This document shows positions 1 through 12,200 of a DNA stretch of 64,000 bases, in pieces. The translations under genes and the position numbers were made by a program. Origin of the DNA: a virus; the IMG/VR virus record IMGVR_UViG_3300013767_000112, positions 439 to 64,438 of that record; one strand, given 5' to 3'. The stretch's first letter is position 1. The number at the start of each line of letters is the position of its first letter. The notes beneath the pieces were generated by a model. It was not told where the DNA came from, did no database searches, and saw only the letters and a list, made by a program, of their open reading frames with translations.

Positions 1-439
1 AGATGGGTTTCGCTGGTTCGACCGGAAAATCTGACCCGCACCCGGTACAGCGATATTTTCCGCTGATGGTTCGGGTGTCCTGAAGGATGTGAAGCTTCTT
101 ACTACCGAAGCAACTTGGACAAGCATAGTGCTCCGGATCCCCCATGAATCGATAGACAACGGCCGAGCCCGATGTGCGAACCAGTTCGTAACGATCGGCC
201 GTCTCCTTCCACGAATCGGCATCTCTAAGCTGGTCCTGCAGAGCGCGATTCTTTTCCTGCAGTTGGAACATCTCCTCGCGCATGGAGAACAAGAGGTCCT
301 GGACACTCCCCAACTTGGCCTGCGCCTCGTAGACCTTTTCCTTCACCGCCGCATCCACCTTCGCATCCACGACCAGCCCGAAAATCTCCTTGGCCGACTT
401 GATGCCCTGCCAAGCAGTAGAAATTGACGCCAAATCCAT
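1..439 (-). CDS. Hypothetical coiled-coil plus zinc-ribbon protein (3' end off window; absent from ORF track)
   Basis: Manual translation: GGAGG RBS, ATG at 439, MDLASISTAWQGIKSAKE...YACPSCF...YRCTGCGS, frame open to position 1. Confidence 0.8.
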   Translation of the reverse strand, partial: MDLASISTAWQGIKSAKEIFGLVVDAKVDAAVKEKVYEAQAKLGSVQDLLFSMREEMFQLQEKNRALQDQLRDADSWKETADRYELVRTSGSAVVYRFMGDPEHYACPSCFGSKKLHILQDTRTISGKYRCTGCGSDFPVEPAKPI

Positions 440-563
440 TTAGACCTCCCTAGGCCTGTCGATCTTTGTGGATTCTACGACGTCCGTTAAATCCGATCAT
501 TGCGGTGCCTGGCGCTTGAGGAAGTACGGGTACTATGAGCCACCCTCCAGCGGAGACGCCTCT

Positions 564-1193
564 ATGTGCGTGAACTATGCCCCCGTCCAGCGCCAAGTCC
601 TGCGCGATGTGTTCGGCGTCGCCCCCCCTACTGGCGAGTGGAAGGCCGAGGCATGGCCGGATTACGCTGCCCCGATCATTCGAGCCGCCGACGATGGCGC
701 ACGTGAGGCAGTGCTCGGCACATTCAGCATGGTGCCCAAGCCAAAGATCCCGCCAGGAGTCCGGTACTACCCAACCGCTAACGCGCGGATGGAAACAATC
801 GGCAAGCTCAGTTCGTTCGCTAAGCATTGGAAGGCCGGGCAGCTCTGCCTGATTCCAGCCACTGCGTTTTACGAGCCAAACTGGGAGACGGGCAAAGCCG
901 TGCGATGGAAGATTGGCTTGCAGGGCGGCGAACCATTTGCGATTGCGGGCCTGTGGCGCACCTGGCCAGACGACGCGGTGTCGTTCACGATGCCGACACT
1001 CAACGCCGACCATCACCCGCTGATGCAGCGATTCCACAAGCCTGGAGATGAGAAGCGCGGTGTCGTCATCCTGCCGCGTGAAGAATGGGACAACTGGCTG
1101 GGATGCCGAGATCCTGAATTGGCGCGCAGCTTTATTCGGCTCATGCCGGCAGAAGCCATGCTGGCCGAGCCAGCACCAAGAACAAAGGACTAG
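564..1193 (+). CDS. SOS response-associated peptidase (SRAP/YedK/HMCES family), abasic-site protection
   Basis: Start MCVNY gives the N-terminal catalytic Cys; NARMET, FYEPNW, FAIAGLW and H...KR..VIL motifs. Confidence 0.9.
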   Translation: MCVNYAPVQRQVLRDVFGVAPPTGEWKAEAWPDYAAPIIRAADDGAREAVLGTFSMVPKPKIPPGVRYYPTANARMETIGKLSSFAKHWKAGQLCLIPATAFYEPNWETGKAVRWKIGLQGGEPFAIAGLWRTWPDDAVSFTMPTLNADHHPLMQRFHKPGDEKRGVVILPREEWDNWLGCRDPELARSFIRLMPAEAMLAEPAPRTKD

Positions 1194-1201
1194 GGGCGGA
1201 C

Positions 1202-1777
1202 ATGCTGGCAAACTTGGATGAGTCCGATATCGCGGTCTTCAGGGAAAGAATGGGCCTTTGGGTTAGCCCGTCGCATGCCGCACTCGCCGGCACCCCGGAG
1301 GTAGACGAAATCTCGAAACTGCATGGGTTGGCAGCAATCGACGCAGAACTTTTCCTCGAAGAGGCGCGTGGCCAGAGTGGGAAGGATCCATACGCCAATG
1401 ACCCAGTTCATTTAAATCGCCTGCTGACTCTGTCCGAACTCTGGGTTCTAGGTTCGTATGAATTCGTCCGCCGCTGGGCGGATGCGCTGCGCGCGCGGGA
1501 GGGAGAAAAGCTAAAGTCGGAGTACCGGATTGCAGTTGTCAGCCTGCGAACTCAGTTTGAACGCGTGCGTATCCCGCTTGCCAAAGCGAAGCCCGCAAAG
1601 CATGCGGCCCAGGCTGGAGACTTTGGCTACACATTGAGAGCAATCTACCCGGACAAATCGGTTGGGTGGGCAATTGCTGAAGACTCGTTCGTGAGTCGCC
1701 GCGAACTCGGGGATCGATTCATCGAATGCTTGCGGCAGCTATCTACGAAATCCAAGGATCCGCAGCCACGATCGTGA
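1202..1777 (+). CDS. Hypothetical helical protein (prophage-end cargo)
   Basis: 191-aa ORF directly after SRAP, protein-like composition, no family recognised with certainty. Confidence 0.7.
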   Translation: MLANLDESDIAVFRERMGLWVSPSHAALAGTPEVDEISKLHGLAAIDAELFLEEARGQSGKDPYANDPVHLNRLLTLSELWVLGSYEFVRRWADALRAREGEKLKSEYRIAVVSLRTQFERVRIPLAKAKPAKHAAQAGDFGYTLRAIYPDKSVGWAIAEDSFVSRRELGDRFIECLRQLSTKSKDPQPRS

Positions 1778-1827
1778 CGGTAGGCACACGTACGATATAA
1801 CCGAGAGCCCGGGGTAATCGAGCTAGA

Positions 1828-2337
1828 TCATTCTCGGATCAGCCGGGCCCGGCACGACGCATAGGCGGCATTCAGCGTTTCGATATCAACTATGGCGCCT
1901 GCAAGGCGTCGAGAATTCTCTGGCGCCAGTAACCCGTAGGCCGGGCCGGTGTCTTCTGTACCAGCTCCGGCGGCGGCGGCTCCGTCACTTGGGGCGCTTC
2001 CACCACCGCCCCCACCTGCGGCAACGAGTCGCACGCGCACAGGGCGGTTGCGCAGCTCGTTACCAAGGCGAGCAATTTCAGCTTCTGCTTCAGCATCTTT
2101 TTTCTCCTGAGCGGCAGCGGACTTTTCGAGCGCAGCCTGCTTTGAGTCCCGCTCCGCGGTCAGCTTGGCCAGCTTCTTGCCGGCCTCTTCGTTTTGCCGC
2201 TTCACCTGGGCCTGCAGCGCGGCGAGGGCTTTGTCGGCGTCGCGGTACAGGTGCCGGTATGTCAGCGTGCAGGCGGCCAGCACGAGAAGTGCCACCAGCA
2301 CAGCCACGTTCCACGAACTGGAAAGCCAGTCCTTCAT
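1828..2337 (-). CDS. Rz-like i-spanin
   Basis: N-terminal TM helix (VAVLVALLVLAACTL), coiled coil, ATGA overlap with the endolysin stop. Confidence 0.85.
   Translation of the reverse strand: MKDWLSSSWNVAVLVALLVLAACTLTYRHLYRDADKALAALQAQVKRQNEEAGKKLAKLTAERDSKQAALEKSAAAQEKKDAEAEAEIARLGNELRNRPVRVRLVAAGGGGGGSAPSDGAAAAGAGTEDTGPAYGLLAPENSRRLAGAIVDIETLNAAYASCRARLIRE
1890..2096 (-). CDS. Rz1-like o-spanin lipoprotein embedded in Rz
   Basis: Signal peptide with lipobox-like LCAC, Pro-rich mature part, nested in another frame of Rz. Confidence 0.8.
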   Translation of the reverse strand: MLKQKLKLLALVTSCATALCACDSLPQVGAVVEAPQVTEPPPPELVQKTPARPTGYWRQRILDALQAP

Positions 2338-2873
2338 GCCCCACCCCCTTGCGCCGCGATGCACTTGGCGTGCCGTTCCTGTTGTCGGGTCCAAACGCCC
2401 TTGCAGCCTTGCGGCCCCCAGTTCACTGGCAGCGAGCAGTCACGGCCGTCCTGCCTACGCCACTTCAGAAGGTCGTCGCAGGCTTGCCAGTAGTTGCCCG
2501 CCAGCAGGTCGCGGCGCATAGAGCTGGTGCGCCAGTTGCCGATACCGAACTGCCCGACGAAGTTCAGATAGATGTCGTATTCCTCCTGGAAGAGATTCAC
2601 GCCCGGGAGCGAGGCCCGGAACTGTTGCTCATCCTTCGACATCAGATTGCGCGCGATCTGTTCGGCGCGCTGCTTGGTGATCGGCGGATCCGTGAGTTTG
2701 ACGGGCTGGCCGTCCTCGTAGCGAGTGGAACCATACCCAATGGTCGGCACGTCGCCCTTGGTTGGGATCATTGGCGCGGGGGCGAACCCTTCCGAGTTCA
2801 TCCAGGTGCCAAGCCCGGCAACGCTCACCGACAGAGCGGCAGCAACGATGCGCTTACGGATGCTGTCCGACAT
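2334..2873 (-). CDS. SAR endolysin, GH24 phage lysozyme
   Basis: Weakly hydrophobic N-terminal segment, then SEG...DVPTIGYGST catalytic E/D/T pattern. Confidence 0.9.
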   Translation of the reverse strand: MSDSIRKRIVAAALSVSVAGLGTWMNSEGFAPAPMIPTKGDVPTIGYGSTRYEDGQPVKLTDPPITKQRAEQIARNLMSKDEQQFRASLPGVNLFQEEYDIYLNFVGQFGIGNWRTSSMRRDLLAGNYWQACDDLLKWRRQDGRDCSLPVNWGPQGCKGVWTRQQERHAKCIAAQGGGA

Positions 2874-3114
2874 CGCATTGCCCCTTGATTGCCGCGATAC
2901 GTGCTGCGCTCTCCGCGGCCTCTCGCCGATCGCGGCGAATCTGGAAATAGATGTTGGCGACCAGGCCGAGCACGGCAACCAGCACACCGATCAGGCCCAA
3001 CCAGTTGATTTGTGCCAGCCAGCCCGCAGCACCTGTCAGTGCTCCAGCCACCGTGGTCTTGTTCGCCATCGAGGCGCCAACCACTTCAATCGCAAGATCG
3101 GCTCTATCCGACAT
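2854..3114 (-). CDS. Holin
   Basis: 86 aa, two hydrophobic segments, charged C-terminus, immediately upstream of the endolysin. Confidence 0.8.
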   Translation of the reverse strand: MSDRADLAIEVVGASMANKTTVAGALTGAAGWLAQINWLGLIGVLVAVLGLVANIYFQIRRDRREAAESAARIAAIKGQCDVGQHP

Positions 3115-3169
3115 AGCTCCCCGTTCCGTCCAAAGTTGGGGGCTGGTGCGCCCCCGTCGATGGAACCGA

Positions 3170-3212
3170 AGTCTTGGCCATCCACTATGGACGGCCAAGC
3201 CTTACAGGGGTG
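3170..3212 (-). promoter_or_regulatory. Putative late promoter A (lysis cassette): palindrome 3198-3212, 22 nt, AAGACT
   Basis: Minus strand reads CACCCCTGTAAGGCT-N22-AAGACT, the same spacing as at three other late-gene starts. Confidence 0.7.
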
Positions 3213-3215
3213 GCG

Positions 3216-6200
3216 CTACAGATCGGCGCGCGCCCGCGCCACGTCCTCCCGCATCTGTTGGCGCATCGCCTTTGGCGCCGTGTCGGCAATGCGTTGATCC
3301 TTCGGCTTGGCCATCTCACGCACACGGCGAAGGACGTCTGGCATGCGCACCACCATCTGCTGATCCGGGTTCTTCGCGTTCCAGTCCGCAACGGCGTCGC
3401 GCGCCTGCTGCACCTTCGCCTGGTCCTTCTCGAAAATGCCTTGAGCCCACATGGAGCGGATCTCTTGTGCGCGCAGGTTGTAGAAGGCCTTGGCCTGCTG
3501 GTTCAGGCCATTGGCCTCCTGGATGGTGGCCACGCTGGAAGGCTGGAACCCGACCGCTTTCAACGCGGCTTCCATGGTGTTGGTGTCGAGCACCTTGTAG
3601 CCCTTCGCGTCGCGGTACATGCCCGTTGCCGCCATGTCCGCACCCTTGGCCAGGTTGCGCACCGCGGTCGGCGCCGTTTCGAGCAGCCCGCCGGCGATAT
3701 CGCCGCCAGCCACCTTGCGGGCACCGGACACGATGCGCGTCGCGAAGTCGCCGGCCGGGCCGACGATCTCCAGCACGTCACGAGTGTGGTTGTTGCTCTC
3801 CGTCAGCAGGCCGGTGCCAGGGATCAGGTTACCCATGCCCAGGCGGCCGGACACGTCCAGCGGCATACCCGGCAGTCCGGTGATGCCCTTGTCGATGAAG
3901 GATGCGATGTCGCGGCCGAACACGCTCTCCAGGAACTCCTGCTTTGCCCTCTTCGCCGAGAAGTTGTAGCCGGCAATCTGTGCCATGGCGTCGACCACGT
4001 CGTCCACGTCCTCTGCGAACGGCAGGCCGCCGGCGCCACCAAGCAGCATCAGCGTCGCCAGCATCAGCAGCGCGGCCTTGCGACCGTCCTTGCGTTCCTG
4101 CGACCCTTCTTCGCCCTGACTCCAGAGACGGCTCATCAGCTCGAGGTAGGCGATCGAGTACGTCTTGAACGTCAGCAGCGTGCCACCGACCGCGCCGCGG
4201 CCCCACTGCATCTTGGATGCCTTCGAGTAGACGAATTGGGTCTCCGTGACAGCGCGGCGCGCGAAAGTTGCCGGGTACGCCATGCCGCGGTCCTTCGCCA
4301 TGCGGTAGGCCGCAATAAACGTCACGCGACGGTTCACCTGCTCAGCGGCACCGAACAGCTTTCCCCAGGCAACGGACAGTCGCGCCAGCGAGTTGGCGCC
4401 CAGTGCTCGAGCATCCCCTACCCGGGTGCCGTCGCCAGCGCGCAGCGAACCGCTGCCGCGCGCTTGCGCCATGAGCTGGTGGACTTCCTGCGGGCTGACG
4501 GTACCGTCTTCCTCGGCGTCGTGCAGCGCGCGCGCCAGATCAGCCTCGTACTTGAACCCCTTCGTGGCCATCTGTCGGGCTGCCCGGCCAAGCTCGGTAG
4601 CCGCCTTGCGAGCGCCGCCGAACTGGCTGAGCCACGGGAAGGTAACCGCTGCCGGCTGGGTCATGTTGACCAGCGCCGATGCCACCGAGCCGCCAAGATA
4701 CTGAGCGAACAGCAGGCCGCGGACTGCTTGTGCTTCCTCCTGCGGGTTCTTGATGTAGTCGGCCAGCCGCACCGCGGCGTCCTTCAGTTCTCCCTGCTCT
4801 TTCGGAATTGCGTCGACGGCCTCAGACAGGTCACCCATGTGCAGGCCGGCCGCGGTCTGGCGGCTGTTGCTGTAGATGAAGGACGCCAGTACGCGGCCCA
4901 CGTCCTCGCTGTAGCCAGCAATGCCCTTGCGGTGGATCAGCCGGCGCATGGCGCTGCGGTTGGTCTTCGTCAGGCGCAGGTATTCCTGGAAGGCCTGGTC
5001 GCGCTCGCTATCGCCCTGGGAATCGAACCCCAGTGCGTTCCCAAATAGCTCCAGCGTCTCCGGCGTGATGCCGGCGAACAGCTTATAGCTTTCCTCGGAC
5101 AACGTGCCCTGGTTGACGGCAGCATCGGGGAAGGCGCCGCGCATCTGTTCGGCCATCTGGTTTGCCTCGCGCCGCGTTTCGAACAGACCGAAGTACTGGC
5201 GCTCGCCACCCTCTTCCACCACGTCAACCGTGTACTTGCCGAAGCGGGACAGCGGTGCATAGCCCTCAGCCTGCAGTTGGGTCACCTTCTCAGCCCGATC
5301 CATTACCCCGTGAGCCAGTTCCATCAGGTGGGTGGCTCTGTCGGGCCAGGCGTCAGCCATCTCAGCCAGATGATCACGCAGGATCATGGCGGCCGCGCGG
5401 ACGTCAGTCGCATCCATTACTCGGTCGCGCAACTCCTTCACGTCATCCCCGGCGTAGCGCAGCATGTCTGCTCGCGCCATGGTGTCAAGGCTGCGATCGG
5501 TCGCGGCGCGGAACTCGTGGTACAGCGCCACCTGCGCGTCGCTCAGATTGAAGAGGCCGCGCAACTCGGCATCGGTCCACACAACGCCAGGCTTTAGTAG
5601 CTGCGATTCGAAGCGGCTGTCGATCAGCTTCGCGAACTGGTCGTCCGAATGACCGCGCCAGGCGTGCAGCATGCCCTCAGGAATCTTGCCTTGCTCGAGC
5701 AGCATGGCGACTTTGTCTTCTGTGCTGAGGCGCGCGGCGGCCTCTGCCAGGTCGGCGACGCGTGCAGGCTTGCCGGCCGAGTCGCGCGCCCACAGCAAGG
5801 TTCCTTCGAAAATCGGCTTGGCCACGGCCTTGTTATCCGCGGCGCTGACCGGCGCCTTGGCAATGTCGCGCCATGTATCCAGCTTCGGCAGCAGTTTCGG
5901 CGCCATTTCGGCGGCGTCGTTCGCGTAGTGCGAAACATCGTCAATGAAGCCCTGCGCCGATTCGAACACCGGACGGAAGGCGGGCGAGCGCTGCGCCAGG
6001 TTGTACATCGTGCCGATGGTCTTGTGCCACCAGGACAGACCGCCCGGGGCGCTGAAGGTCTTGTTCAGCTCCTGAGTTGCCCGGCCCGCCATGTCGCGCA
6101 GGCCGGCACGGCTGAACTGCGGCCCCGTGTCCGATTCGTCACCCAGCCTTGCATTCAGCAGCCGGTGGAGTACACTGGCTACGTCTCCTGAATTGGACGA

Positions 6201-9200
6201 GCCGGAAGGCTGCTCTACCCCTGAGGTATCAGCACCGGATACTCGACTCTTCAGGAGATATTCTTTTGTGGCTACGGAATGCAGATACATGCGCTGCATG
6301 TTCGAGTCACGACGCACCAGGACGGTCACAATGTCGTCCTTCCCGTCGATCACCACCGGTGCCGACACGTAGAAGCTCTCCCCCTTGTGGTACTGCGCCT
6401 GATGCACCAGCGCGCCGCGTTCCAGCACGTCCTTGACTGCGGCGAACGCCGCGAACTTGTACGGGCTCGCCTTGCCGTGTGCCATGGAGTCGCGGACGGC
6501 GCGCCCGTCCAGCAGCACCTCACCCAGATCCGGATTCAGCGCCTGGCCACCCTGCTCCTTGAACAGGCTTGTGGCCCATTCGCGCACAGCGGCAAAGCCG
6601 ATCGGCGCCTCTTTCCCGGTCAGGACCGCCACCGGCGAACCCTGCAGCACTCGCGCCTTGCGGGCATCGTCTTGGCTCAGCGATACGCCCTTGCCGCGCA
6701 CGTCGCCACGAGCAGCGCGCTCCATGCCGGCCATCGCATAGCCGACCAGATCGTCCACGCTGATCGCGCCAAGACCTACGCCATTGCGCAGCATCCACTG
6801 GCGAACGGTAGCCAGGAAACTCCGCAGGAAATCACCAACGCGCTGACCGACGGTCTGGTCAACCCACGCCAGAAAACGGTTGTCAGCAGTGGTAAAGCCT
6901 TGGCTGCGCCCCTCGATAACAGCCTGCTCGACAATGTAGGCTGCTGCCTCGCGGCGATTCCCTTCCTCGCCGGCGGCAGCCATCCTGCCGGCCGCGCGAT
7001 CAAGAAACTCGCGCAAGGACCGATCTCGCACACTGGTACGCTTGCTCAGCATGTCGGCAGCATGCTGGTCCAGCTTCTGGCGCTGCTGGCCATGCGTCAT
7101 TTCGTGCAGCAGGACCGCCGGCGCCGTGATGGAGTCAAGGTTCGGCCCAACTAGGAACGTCAACCCGGACTTGGCATCGTAGAAGCCGTTGATCAGGCCA
7201 TCGTCCTCGAACAGTCGGATTGCACTGGACAGCGCGGTACCCGTCTTGGTGGCATAGGCATGTGCGATCAGAAGGGGATCGTTGCTATCGATCATCACGA
7301 CACCGCCGCGCATGCCGCGCCGACCGCGCTCCAGCATCATGCGCACCGCCTTGCCGAGCTTCGGAAACTGCAAATCGAAGGCGCGTACCAATTTCTGCGC
7401 ATCCATCATCGGCTGGCCGGTGATGTTTTGTGGCAGCTCGCCGTCGACAATGTCGCGGCCGTTGAACGTCACCAGCACCCGACTGCTGCGAACGTCTGCC
7501 GATTCCTCGGGGGAGATTTCGAGCCGCTGGCGGGGCGTCATGCGCATGCGCGCCTGGGTGTTTCTGGCCTCGACCTCACCCGCCAGGCGCCGGTATGTCA
7601 CCGCACCGGTCTTGTCGAAGTCGCTGCTGAAGCGGTCAGCGGAACCACCCTTGGCAAAGCCTTCCGTGTTCTGGATCTCGTGCTGCAGCTCGTGCACGAG
7701 CGCAGACGCGAGCGCTTCCCGGGGCATGTTCGGCTGGACTTCCACCACTGGGCCGGTGGCCAGATGGCGCAGACGGGCATCTGCCGCTGCGTTCGCCGGC
7801 ATCATGGCGATGGGGATGCGAGCCAATCGAGGGTACGCGGCAAACAGGCGCGGATGGACGAGAACGTCGGAAATCAACGGGCGGCTCCGGCCATCGTTCA
7901 GCGCGTTGACGCGCGCCATATCCACGACCGAGCGAGCCGTACTGCCCGGCACGGCGATGCTGGCCAGGTGGTCGCTGATCTCGAAGCGCCATTTTCCATC
8001 CGCGCCCAGGTGCCAACCAGTCTCCCGGCGCACCGTCTCCGCGGCCTCTCCAGCCATCAGCCGCTGCTGCGCCGAGACCAACGCATGCAAGTCAGCGCCG
8101 CGGGCCTTGCGGCCGGCAAACGAGAATTGGACAGCAGGCTCACCTGCTTCCGTCGGGGCCGTGGTATCCGGAGAGGCTTCATGCACGGTGGGCTTGTCGA
8201 TCACCACCATGCGCGCGCTCACGCCGGTATTGACCGGCAGCGCGGGGTCCAAGAACGATCCTTCCGGCAGCTTCTCGCTGGTGGCGCCCAGGTCGTCCAG
8301 CCAAGCGCGGAAGTTCTCCGCGGCACTGTTGCTGTGGAAGAACGCCCCTTCGCCCATGATCGCCACTAGGCGGCCACCCGGGCGCAGCAGCTCATAGGCG
8401 TGCATGACGTGCTGGATGTCCCGGCCCTTGCTGAATGGCGGGTTCATGATGATGCGGTCGTATCCGCTCCAGGAACCGCGCTGCCGGATCCCGGTCAACT
8501 CGTCGCGATCGAACCACCCAAGCATGCGGCCTTCGCTGCCGTCATCGTTGACAGCGTGCAGGCTGGCGCGTCCGCTCCATGCAGGCCCGCCGTGCATGAT
8601 GCCCACGATGCCGTCGGGCGCGCGGAAGACATCGCCGTAGGTGAAGAACTTGCGCGGCTCCATGGCCATGAAGTCATTGCCTGCCAGGTGGTAGCCCTTC
8701 GCCTCCAGCAGCTCGCGACGTTCACCAGACAGCTCCACCACGTCGGGCTCGGCGCCCGCCTTCTCACGGATCGCGTCGGCGATATGTCCCATGCCTGCGG
8801 ACGGCTCCAGCACCGACATCCCGGATTCAATCTCGGCCGCATCCAGCATGGTGTCCACGACGGCTTCGCTGGTTGGGAAGAAATCCAAACCATCGGCACG
8901 GCGGCCAATCATGGCCCGCTCCATCTCCTTGATCTTGTCGGGGGTGGCAATTGCTTCCTGGATGCCGGCGAACTCTCGCAGTGCGGACCGGTACTCGCTG
9001 CCGGTGAAAATGCCCATGCCCTCCAGGCGCTTGCGCTTGTCGTGCGCACTTTCCAGTGCCCACGGCACGGTGATCTTTCTGCCGCTCCGGCGGCTCAGCG
9101 CCTGCACCAGTTCGCATCCGAAGTCGCCGGACAGAGTGATGCGCTTATCGCCGTCGCCGGTCCACAGTCCCTGCTGCATGGCCTCGCTGGGCGCCATGAT

Positions 9201-12200
9201 GATGCGGTTCTGCCCGCGCTTGATCGGGAGCACGATCGCCTTACCGGTGAGGCCGGAACGGCGAATCGCGCGCTCAGCATCCTCACGGCCCTTGAAATCG
9301 GCGAGCTGATCACCACGAGTGAAACGGCTGACAGAAAGCAGATTCTGCTTTGCCCAATCGGTGTACGCCTCGGTCACGTCGTCTGCGACCTTCTCCAGGC
9401 GAGCGCCCAGCTTCTTCAGGCCGTCGGCATCCACCATTTGGCGAGCGAGGCTCGCCAGATCGGAGCGCATTGCCGTGTAGCTCGGGAATGTGGCGTAGTC
9501 CACGGTTTCCGCGTCCATCGGCTCGCCGCGGTGCCTCTCCTGCTCTCCATAGCTGGGGTACTTGGCACGAATCTGCGCATCTTTGGCGTTGCGCAGCTCT
9601 CGGCCCAGAAATTCCACCTGCACCTTTTGCCGCACTGCGTCCAGGAACTTGGCCTTGCCGCTCTCGATGGCGCTGGCCAAGTTATTCATGGTGCCGGCCA
9701 GCGCCTTGTCGGCGCGCGCGGCACCTTCCGCCGAGCTGGCCATGCGGGCGCGGCGCGCAGTGTTGGTCTTGCGATCGCGGTTCAGCGACTCGTCGGCGCG
9801 CTCGTCCAGTGCATCCGCCATGGTGCGCAGGCGCTCCACCGCCGACTGGCTGCGGTCGTCATCGAACGCGTCGCGGCGGGCTTCGGCAACGGCCTGCGCT
9901 TCGGCGGTATCGCCGGCTACCAGCTTGCGGAACGCTTCAGCCGCCTCACGGGTACGGAACTGGAAGCCAGGAACCGCGCCGTTGCCTCGATAGCTGCTGT
10001 AGCTACCGCCCAGCCGCTTCGCCGAGCTGTTGAGGGTGTCGTAGTCCTCGCGGCTCACGCGCTCAGCCAGTTGCAGCACGTACAGGTCGTGGCCGTGTTT
10101 CGTGTGCTTCGTCTCGATGATGTCGCCGGCTGTGGTCTGCCCGGCGCTGGCCACGCGGGTCTTCGCCTGGGACTTTGCCTGCTCGCGCTGGGCCTTGGTG
10201 CTTTCTGCCTCCAGCTCGTCGTAGCGAATGCGCTGATCCGGGGTCAGGCGCATGAACGCTTGCTGCCGTGTCTCGCCGTGGGCTTCCACGTTGTAGCTGA
10301 CGGCCTGACGGAAATCAGCAAGTGTCTGCGGATTGCTAACGGCCTTCTGCTGCGCATCGCGGCGCGCCTGCACTCCCTTGCGCGCCTCGACGATCTCGGC
10401 AGCATGTGCTTTGATGTCATCCGTGGTGGTATTGGCTACCAGATCGCGCAGTGCGGACGCCTTGGCTTGCCGGTGCGCCTCCAGCCCTGCGGCGGACATC
10501 ACGTAGCTGCTCGGGCCGTAGCTGCGGCCCAGCGCGTACTCGTCCAGGATGCGGCTGGCCAAGGCCTCCACGATCGCGCCCTTCTTCTCGTCGCGGAAAC
10601 GTTGGTAGAAGCTGAACCCGCCAGATTGCAGCAGGTCGCCCTTCTTCATGGTGGCCAATTCGGCGGCGATCGCCTCGCCACTGGCCTCGGCCAGATGAAA
10701 TGCCGCCTTGAACTCATCGGCCGTCGCGTCGCCAGCACGAACGCGCTTCATGAAGTCGACATGCGCATCCAGGCTCGGGGTTTTCGAACCGGCTGCCGGC
10801 GCCGCAGTGGCCACCTGCGGTGCTGCCGGCGAAGCCTGAGCTTGCGCGGCATCCTCGGCGCGCACGGCGTCCACCAGCTCACGCACCCGACGCTTCGATT
10901 CCGGCACGCTCATGCCGCGATCGCGGAACAGCGCCGCGAGGTCGAACTTGTCGTCGGTCAGCGTGCTGCCGTCCGTCGGAACCAGCTTGACGCTGGTCGG
11001 GTAGCCATCACGACCAAGGTTCACGCCGGCAAGGTTGGCGGTCTTGGTGATGGCCACCGGGTCGCCACCCTTCGTCCACGACAGGATCTTCCGCATCAGA
11101 CTGCGGTTGCCATCCTCCTTCCGCTGGGCCTTGTCGGCGCGCGCCACTTCGGCCGCTCGCTGGTCAGCGGCCTTCTCGTCATCAGTGCGTGCGTCGAGCG
11201 CTGCCTGACGCACGCGATCGGCGTTCGCCTTCTGCCAGGTGGTGAAGGTGTCAATGGCCCGGTCATACGCGCTGTTGCGATTGACCGCCTGCTTGCTGCT
11301 CAGACCGGAGCGGCCGGCGACATAGCCGCTGTAGGTTCCGGCGCGCACGCCCATCAGGCGGCGGTACTGCGCCAGGTAGTCGTCACGCAGTGCGGCAGCG
11401 GCCTGCTCGACGGCGGCCTTCTGTGCGTCGCTATGTGCGATGGCCATGCCGGAATCGCGGGCCGCGTCCTGGTAGGCCTGAAATTCCTCAGCATCAGCCT
11501 TGGCGCGCTGGTCGCCGCTATGGGAAATGCCCGAATAGCTGCTGGCCGCCTCCTTCATAGGGAATTCGGCCGCGCTTTCCCCTTCCGGCATTTCGACACG
11601 CCCCATGGGGCCGGCTTCGTGGGCGGCAGCATCGATGTGCTCCGAAGCGGCGGCTTGCGGCACAGTCCCAGCCGCGACCGGATCGCTCATCTCAACGGTC
11701 GAACTGGGGAACTCGTGCGCCATGCTCACCAGGTCGCGGATGGGCGCGTCCAGACGGATGGCCCTCACGTCTTCGCCCTTCTCGCGCGCGGCCATCCACT
11801 GATGGTGTCCGTCGAGGACGTGACCATCGCGGGAAATTAAAATCGAGCGATCACCGCCAGTGCGCTCCTTGGCCTTGGCCACCTTGTCGCGCGAGAATTC
11901 CGCTTGAGTCGGCTTGAGACTCGCTGCCGGCACCGTCTCTTCCTGGTGCTGCACGCCTCTGGCGTTCATGAAATTCACCATGGCGCCGCGGTGCTCTGCT
12001 CGGATCTGGGGCATTTCTGCGCGGGGGATTCCGATGGTTCCCGAATCCTTGTGGAACTCGGCCCAGCCCTCCCCGAGGTTCTTCCCTTCGATGTTTGCCG
12101 TGGTCAGTGGCACGCTCTTTGGCGTCTTGACCTGCTTCTGCGCGACCCTCCCCTCGCGCACCTTAGCGATGGCATCTTTCAGATTGGTCGGCTGTGATTC

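Noticed and set aside
1-1830. Left att site (duplicate of the tRNA-His 3' end)
   Set aside because: No TGGGGTGGCTGATGGG-like copy noticed; the boundary probably lies left of the window.
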